A stretch of DNA of 62,966 nucleotides, filler included, from Guillardia theta CCMP2712 (lineage: Eukaryota; Protista; Cryptophyta): the NCBI RefSeq assembly GCF_000315625.1. It is 6 parts of 6 records of this genome, joined end to end, with 100 filler letters (N's around TTAATTAATTAA, not from the genome) between each part and the next. Parts side by side here need not be neighbours in the genome. Positions count along the whole stretch, not along the records: positions 18,108 to 41,724 come from NW_005434369.1; positions 41,825 to 47,826 come from NW_005434209.1; 4 more parts are not named here. One strand, 5' to 3'. The notes beneath the pieces were generated by a model. That model did no database searches and had not been told where the DNA came from. It saw only the letters and a list, made by a program, of their open reading frames with translations. This document shows, in pieces, positions 34,745 to 47,926 of this stretch (the stretch's first letter is position 1; each line of letters opens with the position of its first letter). A program made the position numbers and the translations under genes.

Positions 34745-37700
34745 TGCATGTTTTCCGACGCTGAAGGAATGGGCGGAATCATCTTCGGCAACCCAGGACG
34801 ACGACATGCAAGTTTTGAAGAGTAAGATTGCAAGAGTAAGCGAGCAGCATGCGTGGGAGACGGTAGCATCAAGAAGACGCCAGGGAGCCTTTGCAAAAGC
34901 AACAGGGAGAGGAGGGGAGAAACAACAAAAAGAATTTCGAACTGACTTGTTGTTTCTTGACCTGAATAAATTAGTTCTCACAGCCACGCTAACCTACCAA
35001 GGCAGCGTAGGCTCGGGAGACGAAATTGAGTTTCTCTTGAGCAAGGCAGAGGAGGAGATGGGACTGGAGATGGAAGAGGAGAGTGGCAACCAAGACTCCC
35101 GGGAGAGGTTGCCTCTCAACTCTAAAACCGAATCATGACAGGAGGAGGAAGGGAGGAGGAAGGGGGGAGTGCCGGGAGTAGGCAAGGGGGGGAGAGGGAA
35201 ACGGTTTCAAAGGAAACGCAACATGTAGATAGAACATTGTATTTTTTTGATTGGATCGAGGAGATCCCATGGTCAGACAAACGAGGCGACAAGGAATTTG
35301 GCATCACTGCCCTGAACAATCGAGGAGTAAGCGGATTTTTATGCGAGAACATGATCGAAGTTACTCTCAATGAGATGAGCAAGGCTCTTCAAGGAGGAAG
35401 AGCAATACATATGGTACGCAAAGGGAGAGCTCGTGAGGACCAGCATTGAACGCGGAACATCATCTTCTTGCCAAGGGTAATATCCAGTCTGCGAGACGAG
35501 GCGTCCCGCTTGAGAGTCGGGAACAGATTTCACCTCAGCAGCTTGAGAGATGAGCAACACACCTTCCTGTTCCCAACTCTCATCCACAGCAACCACTGGA
35601 TTCTAATTGCATTAAGATATGATCGGCGATGCGCGTACATCTTGGACCCCCTCTGCGAGGACAGAACGAGCACAACGAGGGACCCACGAGGGATCGAGGG
35701 AGCGAGGAATCTTGTAACAACGGGGGAGCACGCAAAAGGAGCAAGAGAAATGGCTGAGCTGACAATCGGAGTGATCGAACACATCTTTGACGATCAGACC
35801 AATGCCCCATGGCAGATACAGTGGTGCTCAGCCTTCCAACAGGAAGATAACTTCAACTGCGGAGTGTTCGCTATCCTTCACACCCTACTGCTCTGCGAGA
35901 CAAATCAAGATCGGACTGGCTAGCAACGATGGAAACGAGGACAAGACTAAGACTTCCGCAAGAATGGCTGATGCAAACCAGAACACAACTGATTGCAGCT
36001 CTCACCCATCTGGAGAAGATGGAGGAAACGGCCCAGGTAATTCTGCGACTCTCTGCCGAAGGAGGCGAGGGTGCAAGAGAGCTTGAAATCGACGACAAAG
36101 CCGGAGGAGGAGGTACAGCCGAACGCAATCCAGCGGCTGATGACCTCGACGACAAAGCTTGTGGAGGAGGTACAACCAAACGCAATCCAGCGGCCGATGA
36201 CCTCGACGGCAAAGCCTGAGGAGAAGGTACAGCCGATCGCAATCCAGCGGCAGGCGACCACCACGAAGCCCCAACCAAGACTTTTTGGTGAGGAAATGGA
36301 GGAGAATGCACACTCAGGAGAGAAAACCTCCCAGAGAGGGAAGGAGCGGAGGGGGAAAAGGCAGGAGGAGCAAAGGGGCAATGATTGGGCGCAGATGCAT
36401 CGAAAAAGCTCAGACCCAGGTTTCCTCATCTCACAAAATGTGAATGGTTGCAATCACTTTGTTCTCAAGCACATCCTCGCATACTTAATCCAGTCCTTCC
36501 AACCTGGGGTTGTGCTACTACAAGCCTGAGAGGTAAGGGTCTCGGCCCGCGACGAGAACAACTTGATTAAGGAAGATGATCAAGGAGAACTGGGCCTGCT
36601 ACAGAATCTTCCTGGGGCCTGCGAAGATCGATGCCAAGAAGGGGAAAGGAGACCTGAGGTTGGTAACGCTGGTCCACGCTTCCCTCTCGCCTTCCCCTTC
36701 CCATGCCGCTCAGGCGTGCAACAAAGAAAAGAAATATCGAAACCGAGTGTTTTCGATCAAAGTCGGAACAGGGAAAAATTCTTTCGTAGTCACGAACCTC
36801 CATCAGGTACCGGCGGAAAATGCGATTCGAGAGCAAGGGGAACTGTGGGCAGAGCTGCTACACCTCGCTCTGGGAACGAGAGAGACACACATCATAGCCG
36901 GAGACTTTAATGCAGCAAGAACCAACACAACAACACCAATGCGGAGAGGATATTCCCCCTCATCTATCACCGCAAAAGCAGATGAGAGATTCGAGAAATT
37001 CCTGGCAGACCTTTCCGCACACCGTACACTCTCATATGAACAGATCAGCGGGACAGGGACGCCATTTACCTTCTCAACATGGTACAAACAAGAATTGATA
37101 GAAGCCAAACTCGACGCAGTCCTCGCTATCCACCCCCCAACTAATGAGGACAACTTCCCCAACATCTCCCTTCAATCGTGGACGGTCGACGGCTGTGTGA
37201 TAGGGGGAGCAGTTGATCACAGAGCCCTGGTGGTGCAAGTGCACACCAAGTTCACATCCGAGGAGACGCAGCTAATCCCACGAGTGGAAGTGCATCAGAT
37301 GAATACACGACAGAAGAGGGGGGAAACCCCTAAAAGCAGGTCAACGTGGACATGGGTCTGAAGGAGATCATCACCAAGCCTTACACCATCCCGGAAGCCG
37401 ACATCACACTCCAACCCCTCTGCGGATACAAGGCCCCCGTGTTCTTCAAGGCGATCGACAGCACCGTCATCCCAAACTTCCTCCGCGGTAGGCAGCCGTG
37501 AATCCCAGAATGCAATGGGACGCAAGAATGATTTCACTCCCAAAGAACCGATGATAAGTCAAGACATCAAGAAAAAACACCCTAACTCCCTTCGTTGCCA
37601 CAAAGGCTTGGCTCTTAGACTGCTCGGCAAGATAGTCGACAATGCCGACGAGCTCACCAACCAACTCGAAGCAACCCTATCTAGCGAAGACACGAGGGGT

Positions 37701-40700
37701 GTTAGAGCATTTTGGAGTGCAAACCAGCAACTGATGATTGGGATCGAGCGAGAGGGGACAGATGACTGGCTCTTTCTATCACTGCTACCTGCAAACACAA
37801 TCACGAAAGCAATTGTAGCACTAGAAGAATCGGATAAAACAACATGGGAGATAGCAGGATACCGTGATCTCACGGATCATCTCCCAAGGCAGAAGGTTAG
37901 AGAGCTTGAGGACGCGGACCATACACGATTCTTCTTCAGCGTCAACGCATGCACGAAACAAGGGACCTGCTCAAAATGCTCAAACATCGGATGTATGCTC
38001 CCCTTGGCTGACTCAAGCGACGAGACCATCGGAGGGGGAGGGATGACCCCGTACTGCACAAAATGTAAGTCGTTCACAACCGTGGCCCCAAGACGGATCA
38101 CACCGCCTGAGGGGGTGCAGCTTTCAAGGAGACAACAACAGGAAATCACCAGACCCCTGGCACCGGGAGAGATTGATGTCTGGCTCGCCTCGGCGCCGAG
38201 ACGAAAGGCTGCAGGACTTGACCTCATTTCGAACGAAGTGCTGCGGGCGCTGCCACCAGCATGCCGAGAGGAAGTTGGCAAGTTAGTCAATGCAGCCCTA
38301 GAAGGCAAAGCTGAGGTTCTCAACAAGACAGCGAGAGTACGCCTCCTGCCAAAAAATCAATTCTGTCACATTCTCGAAAACATGCGGCCTATATGCGTCA
38401 TGTCAACGCTTACTCGGCTGGTTCAGGCAATCCTGGCGCATCGTCTGAGTAAGACAGTAGAAGCAAACAACGTCCTCACAAACTTCCAGGAGGGGTTCCG
38501 TCCAGGCAGAAGCACAAGTCGGCAGGCTCATCGACTGATCTCGATCGTAGAAGAAGCAGAAGAGGCCAAAACGTCCCTCATTCTCTTGTACCTGGACTTT
38601 GCGAACTTCTTTAACAATGTGGCAATCGAGGTGGTCGAGCAGGCAATGAACAGCCTAGGCTTCCATCCTGAGGACATTAGAACTGTGATAGCCTGCAACA
38701 GTGGAGTCGAGCTGCAAATACAAACAAACGAGTTCAACACAGGGAAAATACCTCTAATGATCGGGCTGCCTCAAGGTGGAGCAAGTAGCCCACAACTGGC
38801 CAACTTGGTGCTATGCATCCTCTCTAGGCAATTGGATAAGTGCAGCACAGGAACAACAAACAACCTGTCCTTCGCCGATGACATGGTACTCATCGCACAC
38901 ACGATGAAAGAAATGCGAGAATTGGTAGCAGTGGTGGATTCCTTCTGCAAATGGTCAGGACTGCAAATCAACAATAAGAAATCAGAGATAACCAGCTTCG
39001 ACTATGCTCGCAAGGGAGAGGTTCCTGGTGCGAACAAAATAACGGTCATGGGGGAACCTGTCGAAGCCCTACCGGCTACTAAACCGTTCAAATATCTCGG
39101 CTATCGCATCTCTCTGTGGAAGGAAGAAAGACGAAGAATAAAGGGCTGCCCTTTCACTTGGGGAGAACGAGCATACGTCTTTGAAAAAACCAAAGAACTG
39201 ATCAAAAACATCAGCTCGTCGAGTTATACTCCTGCGCAAAAATTCTACCTGGTGAAAGTTGGAATTCTCAACGTCTTTCGCTACTCCGCAGTCATGACTG
39301 GATGGACTTGGCGAGATCTACAAGAATTAGATCAACTGTGGATCAGAGCTTTTAAACAAGCGTTAGGACTGAGCAAAAGTACAGGGAATGGTATATTCTA
39401 CCTGCCAACAGAGAATGGAGGGCTGCAGGTCCCTCATCCTGCCCCAATCCTAGGGCGAGCAGCGCTACGATACATCGAACGAGAAGTGAATAGTATGCAA
39501 GGTGGAGACATCCAAGATAGACTGATATCTAAACTCAGAAACTGGTTTGCGGAATGGGGATGCCAAACAATCCTCGAGCTCCAAAGAGAAATGAATTTTC
39601 GAACTATGGAGCGGGATGTGGTGCGGGGACCCGAAGCTTTAGCAGTCTGGCTGGCGGAAAAACTAAACACGAGGATCAGCTGGGCCCATATAGAAGCAGG
39701 TCACCTACCTGGAAGCATCTCCCTCCTTCATAGAATGGAGGAATATGGTGGCAAACTTGAACGACAGCGACAGACCACAAGGCTGGACGACCTTCCAAGC
39801 TTTATGGAGGCAACTCCCGAAACTCCAATTCTCCTTGCTACGCAATATACGACCTATCGCTGACGAAGAACTGCATTTGCCAAGGAAGCTCTGGCCTTTC
39901 CCAAGGCAACGCGAGGAGGCGGAGGGGATCGTAATGCAACTGCTACAAGAAAATGTCATCTGGGTAAGCAGCGTCAACAGAGCATCAGGAACAAAGAGGA
40001 AAAGACGAGAGGTTGCCACGCAGGATAGTGCTACAACCCGAAAACGAAAGTCACACCCGCAATCAGAGGAGGACCGGGAGGAGACATCCAAAAAGCATCG
40101 GGAAGCAGCAGAAGAGAGAAGGCCACACCCAGCTCATGCAAACACAAGATCCCTCATGGCTAAACTACTAGGCAATCTGGATCAACAGGAACACCTAATC
40201 CTAAAAGGTAAGGAAAGTTTCAAAATCAAGGGCGACATAGCAATTATCATCACAGTGGACCGGCCCAGAAGTCACACGGGCCAAGAACAAGACATCAAAG
40301 AAGCTGAACCTTCCCTTCGCTCGGCGCCATTTGCGAGGAAAGAAGATGACGATGGAGCCAAGAACCCAGAGAAGACAGAGATCCTACTGCAAATTGCTAA
40401 GTATATCAGCAAAACACATAACAGCTCACTCAACTCGCAAGCTTGGTGGGAACATCTAACCACCGCCATGGCTGAAATTCGAGATAGACAACAAGGCCTT
40501 CCGCTGTCGTACGAATTTCTAGAACACTTGGGGATGCTCGCTGAAACAAAACAGTTCAGCAACTGGCCCACCCTCTATCACCCGACAATCCAGGCCGCAA
40601 CCGATAGCTTGCAGGAAGACGAGGTTCGACGTGAAATAATATGGATCGACCAACAGGAACAATACCTCAGCTACGCCGCATGCGAGTCTGGAACAATCTT

Positions 40701-41564
40701 GATCGGATGGAACCAAACTTGCTTCAGGAAAGAAATCCCTGACGGCTTCATGCTAGTCGGTAAGGTACCTAAAGGATCAGAAATATGCTACGCTGCAAAT
40801 TTTTGGAGGACGGGCGATCGGAGCCTCAGGAAGTCACATGACGACCTGATTGTCTACTGCAAGGAGTCGGAACAAGAGAGAATAATTGTCCAACTCACAG
40901 TACACCTGATCCCTGAACAGGAGGAGCTACAAGAATACCGAAGGAAGCAAAACGAAAACTATCAAGCCTCGGCCAAACAGGAGAAGAACAGGAACCAAGT
41001 GTGGTCCGCAATCCACGGCGACATATCACGAAACAGGAAGGGTCGATCAATGTCGATAGGATACAGCACGCAAGACAAGGAAGGAGAGCAGGAACGCGGA
41101 GCGATCAAGATACACGGAAAATGCAGCGTCATCAGAGCACATACCATCGCACTCTGCATACTCCTACAAGCGATTTGGGAACAAAGAGGCAAACAGAAAA
41201 CAATCAGGAAAATCTTCGTCCTCTTTAAATCAACCCGAATGCATCGCTTTCTTACGGACACCCTCAGATGGTCTACCATGCAGTATGAAGACGAGCTCGT
41301 ATACGACTTGGCAGGAAGACTGCAGGAATGCCTGAGCAAATTTCAGCGGGAGGGCATTGAGATCAACCTCTCTATGATCGCAGACCACACCGTAGTGCAA
41401 GAAGCTGCAGAAGAAGCCCGCAAGGGAAAATCCTCCTTCTCCTCCACGTGGGAACGGGCCCTCATCGACAGCGACTTGGGATTCTGCATTGCAGACGAAG
41501 ATAACTTCAAGCCGGGGATGGATCGATTGAAAATATGGGATAAGATAATCAGAGAAGAACAACT
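34745..41564 (+). mobile_element. Decayed non-LTR retrotransposon: Ulp1/C48-like protease, APE endonuclease, Cys4 finger, RT, degenerate RNase H-like domain
   Basis: Protease HSNHWILI...ILDPL...QQEDNFNCGVF; APE ISQNVNG/VVLLQ, IIAGDFNA, LDAVL, DHRAL; RT QEGFRPGRS, YLDFANFFN, GLPQGGASSP, FADDMVL, FKYLGY; intronless; several stops and frameshifts. Confidence 0.92.
36091..36250 (+). repeat. 57-bp tandem repeat x ~3 in the retroelement linker
   Basis: GACG(A/G)CAAAG..GGAG.AGGTACA.CC.A.CGCAATCCAGCGGC at 36091, 36148 and 36205. Confidence 0.8.
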
Positions 41565-41583
41565 GGTTTAGGGTTTAGGGTTT
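41565..41583 (+). repeat. Interstitial telomeric repeat GG(TTTAGGG)2TTT, right flank of retroelement
   Basis: Direct reading. Confidence 0.85.
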
Positions 41584-41587
41584 TGGA

Positions 41588-41650
41588 AGCGCCGGTTATT
41601 TCAGGCACAGCGCCGGTTATTTCAGGCAGAAGCGCCGGTTATTTCAGGCA
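41588..41650. repeat. AGCGCCGGTTATTTCAGGCA x3 (21-22-bp period)
   Basis: Direct reading, immediately after the telomeric tract. Confidence 0.9.
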
Positions 41651-41824
41651 CCATGGCTGCACGCGTGGTGTAGGGGAAGCTGCCAGGGCGCCAAGGAAGC
41701 TGCAAGCGAGAGGTTTGTATACGTNNNNNNNNNNNNNNNNNNNNNNNNNNNNNNNNNNNNNNNNNNNNTTAATTAATTAANNNNNNNNNNNNNNNNNNNN
41801 NNNNNNNNNNNNNNNNNNNNNNNN

Positions 41825-44800
41825 CGACACCGCACCGACGTCTCCGACTCCCACTCCGTCCCCTCGCACCCGGTCCCTCCCGCCCGTACCGCCCCCGTGT
41901 ACCCCGACCGTCCCCCTAGCCCCCCTCCCTGTACCGTCACGCTCGTCGACCCCGTGCCCCCGCCTCCCTTGTTCGACCCCGTCCCTACGCTGATCCCGGC
42001 CCCGGCCCCTGCCGTCCATGATTCCGTTATAGTATTTCTGTTTCTGTCCGCAATGCTGACACTTATTTTTGTGGATTTTGCTATCGAGGAGCTGGTTCGG
42101 CATTGAACTGTTGTAGAAGAAATCCAATCAGTGTTTTCACACGCAGTGAGTTCTATTCTTGTCTTCATTGATGAGCTATCGGGACTAGTTGTAAACGATC
42201 CATGAATTGTTATGAAGCTGCTTCCTGTCGATCCGGCCAGATTTCCTCCAGCCTTGAATGTAGAAATTTTTGAATTATCAAATGTCAATGCCTCTGAAGC
42301 ACTTCCTGTGACTTCGTGTACTGTCATGATAATCAAAATTGTTGATCTTGCTCCTTGGCACGAATGGGCTTGAACACTTGTATCAGATATCCAAATCGTG
42401 TTCTCTGTATCTGATGATGAAAATCGCAGCCTTGAGGTTCTTTCCTTAGTTGAGAAAGATAATCCTGAAAGCAAAGCTTTTATGCTGCCTGTCATCGGCA
42501 TGTTGTGAAATGCCGTCGAAGTCATGCTTGGAGCGTCTACAGAATGCATATTTGATATTGATCCCATTGCCAGGGAAGTGGTGATCTGAATTGCGGCTGT
42601 TCGAACATTCATTTGAGAACATATTGCTTGCAATGATGTATCGGAAATCCATGTTGTGCTCTCAGACGAAGTGAAAGAGAATCGTGCCTTATTGCTGGAG
42701 GTGGCCAGGCCATAATTGGACCCAGCTACAGTCATCAAGACAGTGCCTGTTGTCGGAGTATTGCTCCATCTTTGAGTACTTCTTAGAGCCTATAAAGGAA
42801 GGGTTGGAGCTGATTCAGAGAACTTCGAATATTGCATACCTTTACGTCTCCAAATCGTGCTATTCTTGTTGTAAGATTCGCACCACTGCCAATGTGGGCT
42901 TTCAAACTCACATTTTGCGCTCGCCGTGAAAATAAAACAGCCCCATTAGCCCTCCGGGCGAAAACTCTATGTGGACAATTTACCATTGAGCAAGAAATCT
43001 CAAAACAATCAAGTTTACCTTCCACCAGTAGCTAGTATCACTTCAATGCATCCATCCATCCCTCCAGGTATGTCTCCAGCCTGAAAAAAACACCTCAAAC
43101 ATCAACCCATTATCAAACATAGGTTGAACCTCAAGATTGCATAGACAACCAGCATCATTGACAGCAATGGAAGGAATGGTTGTGTATCCGAATCCATGAT
43201 TGGTTATATTAACATTGGTTATCTGACCATTTCGAGTGTTGCTGTAACCAAGGTAAGCGAGTGTTGTAGAAAGCAAGTGAGAATTCTTTTGCCGTGGCAC
43301 AATTGTTTGCTGATACCTGATTTTTGCTGTGAATCCAAAGCCTCCTCCTCCAACAGCAACAATAATAGAATTGATCCGACAGTTGCTCGTGTTTCTGATG
43401 AAATCATTAGAAAATGTTGACAAAAAAATTGGATCGAAAATACTCGGTTTTGATAAGAAGCCCCGTGATTGTACCCGTCTGATGAAATGAATTATTACAA
43501 TAATTGTTCAGATTGAAGGTGACCTGATCTATCAAGGTATCTTTGTAACAAAGCAAAGCCTCCATTGGATCCAACAGATAGCCCAATCCATGTGCTTGGA
43601 TGTCAACTTGAACGACAGAACCTTCAGACGAGATATTGAATGATGCAAGAAATGGTCTAAAAGCTTCTGAGATGGAATTGTTCTGCAAAAGCAAACAAAT
43701 TTGTCCTGGAACATATCCAATTCCTAATGAACGCAAACTAAGGCAGTATAGACCAAATCGTGAACTACCTTTGTCCAGAATCTCGATTTGTGTGATGGTG
43801 CCATTCTGAAGGAAACAATAAACGACAAAAATGCATAGACGAGATACTCAGCCATGCCTGGAAATAACAATCTCCACTGGCATTAATAGTAGACTCATAA
43901 CAGATATCCACTGAAATAGGATCCTACAAAAAAGCATTATCACATGGCCAGACAGGATAGAAGAGATGTATGCATGACTAAATGATGAGACAAAGTGTAC
44001 CTCCAAATAATAGGAACCATGATCAAAGTCTGTAATTTCGATACTGCAGGGTATTTTAAAACTCTTAAGTATAGGAGGTCGTGACCGACCTTCGAATGCT
44101 TCCATTGGCAAATACGCTGAAATTTGCCAAAAATCCACTCCCACTAGTTGACGTTACTTTTAGCTGTCCAGGTAGAAAATTGATTCCACCATCACGTATC
44201 TCGATAGAAGTAATTGAATTCGTCTGTTTTGTAAACATTAATCGATTTTGATTGATTGTTTTCAAAACATACCTGGGAAATGTTTGTACCCGCATAGACC
44301 ACATTGAGTGAAACTGTATCTGTGTATCCTGAACCATGCTCTAGAGGAGAAATATATACATTCTTGATTTCTCCAGCTGTGTTGACATCAAATGTACCAA
44401 ACAGACCGCTTCCCTTGGCTGCCGTAGCTGTAATCCATCCATCTACGTAGTATAGACCCGCAATCTTAATTTCAATCCATGTGATTGCAGAGTCCTGACT
44501 CTTATTCGTTTGATGAAACACAAGAGTAACTGCAGTATCATCCGATGAATAACCCTCTCCATGATCATTTGGAGACAGGAAATCATAGCTGGAAAGTGAG
44601 AAGTTTGTTCATTTCCTCCGGAAGAACAGCAAAGATAAAATTACCTTGCAACAGATCCGAAATCGTCTACATTAAACCTTGCTATAGCCCCTGAACCGAA
44701 CTGGTCTGATTGCAGAGACAATGAATCCATGGCTTACCTTGTCCGCCTCCTCCACTCACAAGTATGTCCCCTGGTATGTAGTTCCGTCCGGCTGAGCGAA

Positions 44801-47800
44801 TGAGCTCAGAAGGTTCATGAACCGACTTAGTAATACGTACCCTCAACAATGTTAAATCCGCTAACAGTCTCATTTTGCTCTTTTGCAGAACCAGCATAAA
44901 AGATTAGAATTGTTGGATCAGATTTATAATATTGTCCGGCGCTTGGAAAAAATATGAGCTTGATATCAAAAAATAAACCAAGCACTTACTATATGATGGT
45001 CAAACTGCTTATTTGACCAGTCATGGGCTCTACTGCAAAGAGGCCATGAAAGCCATATCCACTACCACCAACAGTTCCAAGAAAGCCATCGATATAAAAG
45101 CTTCCATTGTTCACAACCTCTAGCAGTCCCACACCTCTGTTTGAAGATGACAAAGCTCAGTGAGATCTCAAAAAAGAAAAAAACAATCAATCAGGAACCT
45201 GTTGAGAGCAGGATTGAAAAGAATTGATGAATCTAAGCTCAGTTAGTAGTCGAATCCTACAAACGGATGCACTTTACCATAACTGTTGAAGGATGAAATC
45301 GTTCCAACATTTTCAAAATGAGTAATTTTCAGAAGCCTGGAACCTGCAACACCTCCTCCAAGCCTGGCACAAACTGACGATTCTGAAATCCTGTAGAACG
45401 ATTCAAATGAAATTGTCATCTTCTTATCTGCAGGTACCATTGAGTCATTTCAAAGGTTGTTAGTCCGATACCCCCCTACTGTAGTTTCAATACAAATCAA
45501 AAGTACTGATTTTGAAGCAACCTTGAGTGTGGAATCTCTTGCCCCAAATGAATTACTGAATAAAGTCAAACTTCTTGCACCAGTGGTAGGGAGATTTGAT
45601 CTTGAAATGGAGCTGATTGCAAGATGTATTCTGTCATAGCTGATACTCTCGGTAAAAGTTGAAGCCTTCAGGTCATATCAGATCGAAGCAGATAGTTACG
45701 ATTTGTTCTGAAGTACCTTTACTCCAACCGTTGCAACCAGATATTTTGTTGCCGCTAACGATGCCTCATAGAATCTGGAAAACAAAATCATTTCAAGCAA
45801 GAAATTTGGTGAATTACAACAGTCCATACATGCAAGTAACGCTAGTGTCTGATGTCCAACTCGTGCTTTGAACAGTCGTTCCGCTGATTGAGGACATGCA
45901 AGACGTATCATAAATTCCAAAGTTGAAGCCATAGAGAGTAAATGGAGACACTGTCTCCAAAGGATATGCTGATGCATTCCTTACTGCAACACTGGAGATT
46001 GCAGGAGTATCAAATGACATCGATTGACTTAACGTCTGAGCATCTGCTAACATCATAAGGAAGGTGCAACAAAACAAAATATTTAAGACCTGTGGAAATC
46101 GTCAACTGAACCGCGATAGACTGACGTGTTCCAGAGACAGCAGCGCACAGGATTGAACTGATTGAATTCCATACAGTTGCCGGCGATTGCGTTCCTTGTA
46201 TTCGAGCTTTGAATGTATATTCTGTGTCGCCAAGATTTGTTTCAATATATAGTGAAGTCCCTGCTCTTGGAGGAATATTTGATGAGTTGTAAAGCTTTAG
46301 AATAGAATGTCCATCATAGGTCATCAGCTCTGTTGTAGTAGCAACCAACAACCCTACCGTGTGCACCAAACTATGACTTTTTCCGACCCCTGACGATACA
46401 ACAACACCAATGACAGAATCGGAAACCCAGATTGTAGCCTCACACGCACTGTGGCCGACCCGAAACACATCAGACGCGTCCTTTCCAATCAATGCTTCGC
46501 TGGTCACATACAATATCATGGCCTGCACATCAAGAGCTAAGTTTGAAGATGGTAGTGACGTAAAAATGGAAAGATCAAACGATATGATTTGCGTAAGTGA
46601 ACTTGTAACAGCACCGGTCGTCAGAACGATTGAGCTTGATCCTACAATGCCATTACCAATTTTGCACAGCAATGAACTGTCCGAAATCCAACTAGAACTT
46701 CGACATGTCGATTGGGATATTCTTATCTGATGGGATCTTGGTAAGACTGTGGTCAGATTCCCAAAAACCTTCAAGCTTTGGACTTCGCTGTGAATTAGAT
46801 TGGAGGGCGATGTGAGTGATATTTCACCATTGTCATACGTCGATGTTTCCGATAACGAGCCTACCCGATTTGCAAGTGAAATTATCATTACCCGTGATTT
46901 CTCCAGTCCCTGTAGTGCTGAACAGAAAAGTGCTGAGAAGGAAATCCACTGCGTCTTCTGGCTAGCAGTTGAGCGTATACGATGAGACAAAGAATGGTCA
47001 TACATCGAAAAACGGCCAAACATTGTGAAAAAGCTGACACCTGATACAGCCAAATTTCTGAAACGCACACTGGTCAAATCACCATTACTGTAAGATAACA
47101 GCATGGTAGAAGTACTTGGCCTGCTGAGATGCGAAACGTGAATTGACCTGGAAAAGGAACAACCAGATACTTTTCTTGCAGTGACTGATGTTTGTGAGCA
47201 CCAGATAGTTGATGGAGAGCTGGATGGTCCAACGGCACTTCGTGCAGAAAAATCAGACTGCCCAAATCCAGAACCAAGTACACTGATACGAATTGAACCT
47301 GTACAAGGACCATTTGCACTAAGAACCCCAGAAACAACTTCCCGATCATACGTAAAAAAGTCAGATAAACTTCTGAGGGAACTTGAGACCGTGAAAACAA
47401 CCCTTTTAGAGGAACTTCCCCCAGAAGCAGACAGACAATGTAAGCTCGATAGCGAATTCCACAACTGACCTTGTGAAGAGGTACCATCTATACGAACGTG
47501 CATCGAAACAAAAACACTGCGAATGGAGGCACCAGATATAAGGAAAAATGAGCTTCCAGTTGAAGCTGAGTTCAGCAGACCTAAAGAATAAATCGAAAAC
47601 ACATCATACGAAAAAAGTGAGGTCACACTGGCACCCCAATGGGAAACGGAAGAAGCAACCCTGCTAGACGCAAACAGTGAAGTACGAGACAACAAACACC
47701 GCACCGACGTCTCCGACTCCCACTCCGTCCCCTCGCACCCGGTCCCTCCCGCCCGTACCGCCCCCGTGTACCCCGACCGTCCCCCTAGCCCCCCTCCCTG

Positions 47801-47826
47801 TACCGTCACGCTCGTCGACCCCGTGG
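41825..47826 (-). CDS. Internal part of a giant Ser/Thr-rich repeat (IPT/TIG-like) surface protein; both ends in gaps
   Basis: Many ~88-aa units ending W-x-S-x-T/S-S-x-x-C (ORFs 46010-47809 and 41773-42738); middle multi-exon block with I-x-I-x3-G-x-G-Y repeats. Confidence 0.75.
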
Positions 47827-47926
47827 NNNNNNNNNNNNNNNNNNNNNNNNNNNNNNNNNNNNNNNNNNNNTTAATTAATTAANNNNNNNNNNNNNNNNNN
47901 NNNNNNNNNNNNNNNNNNNNNNNNNN

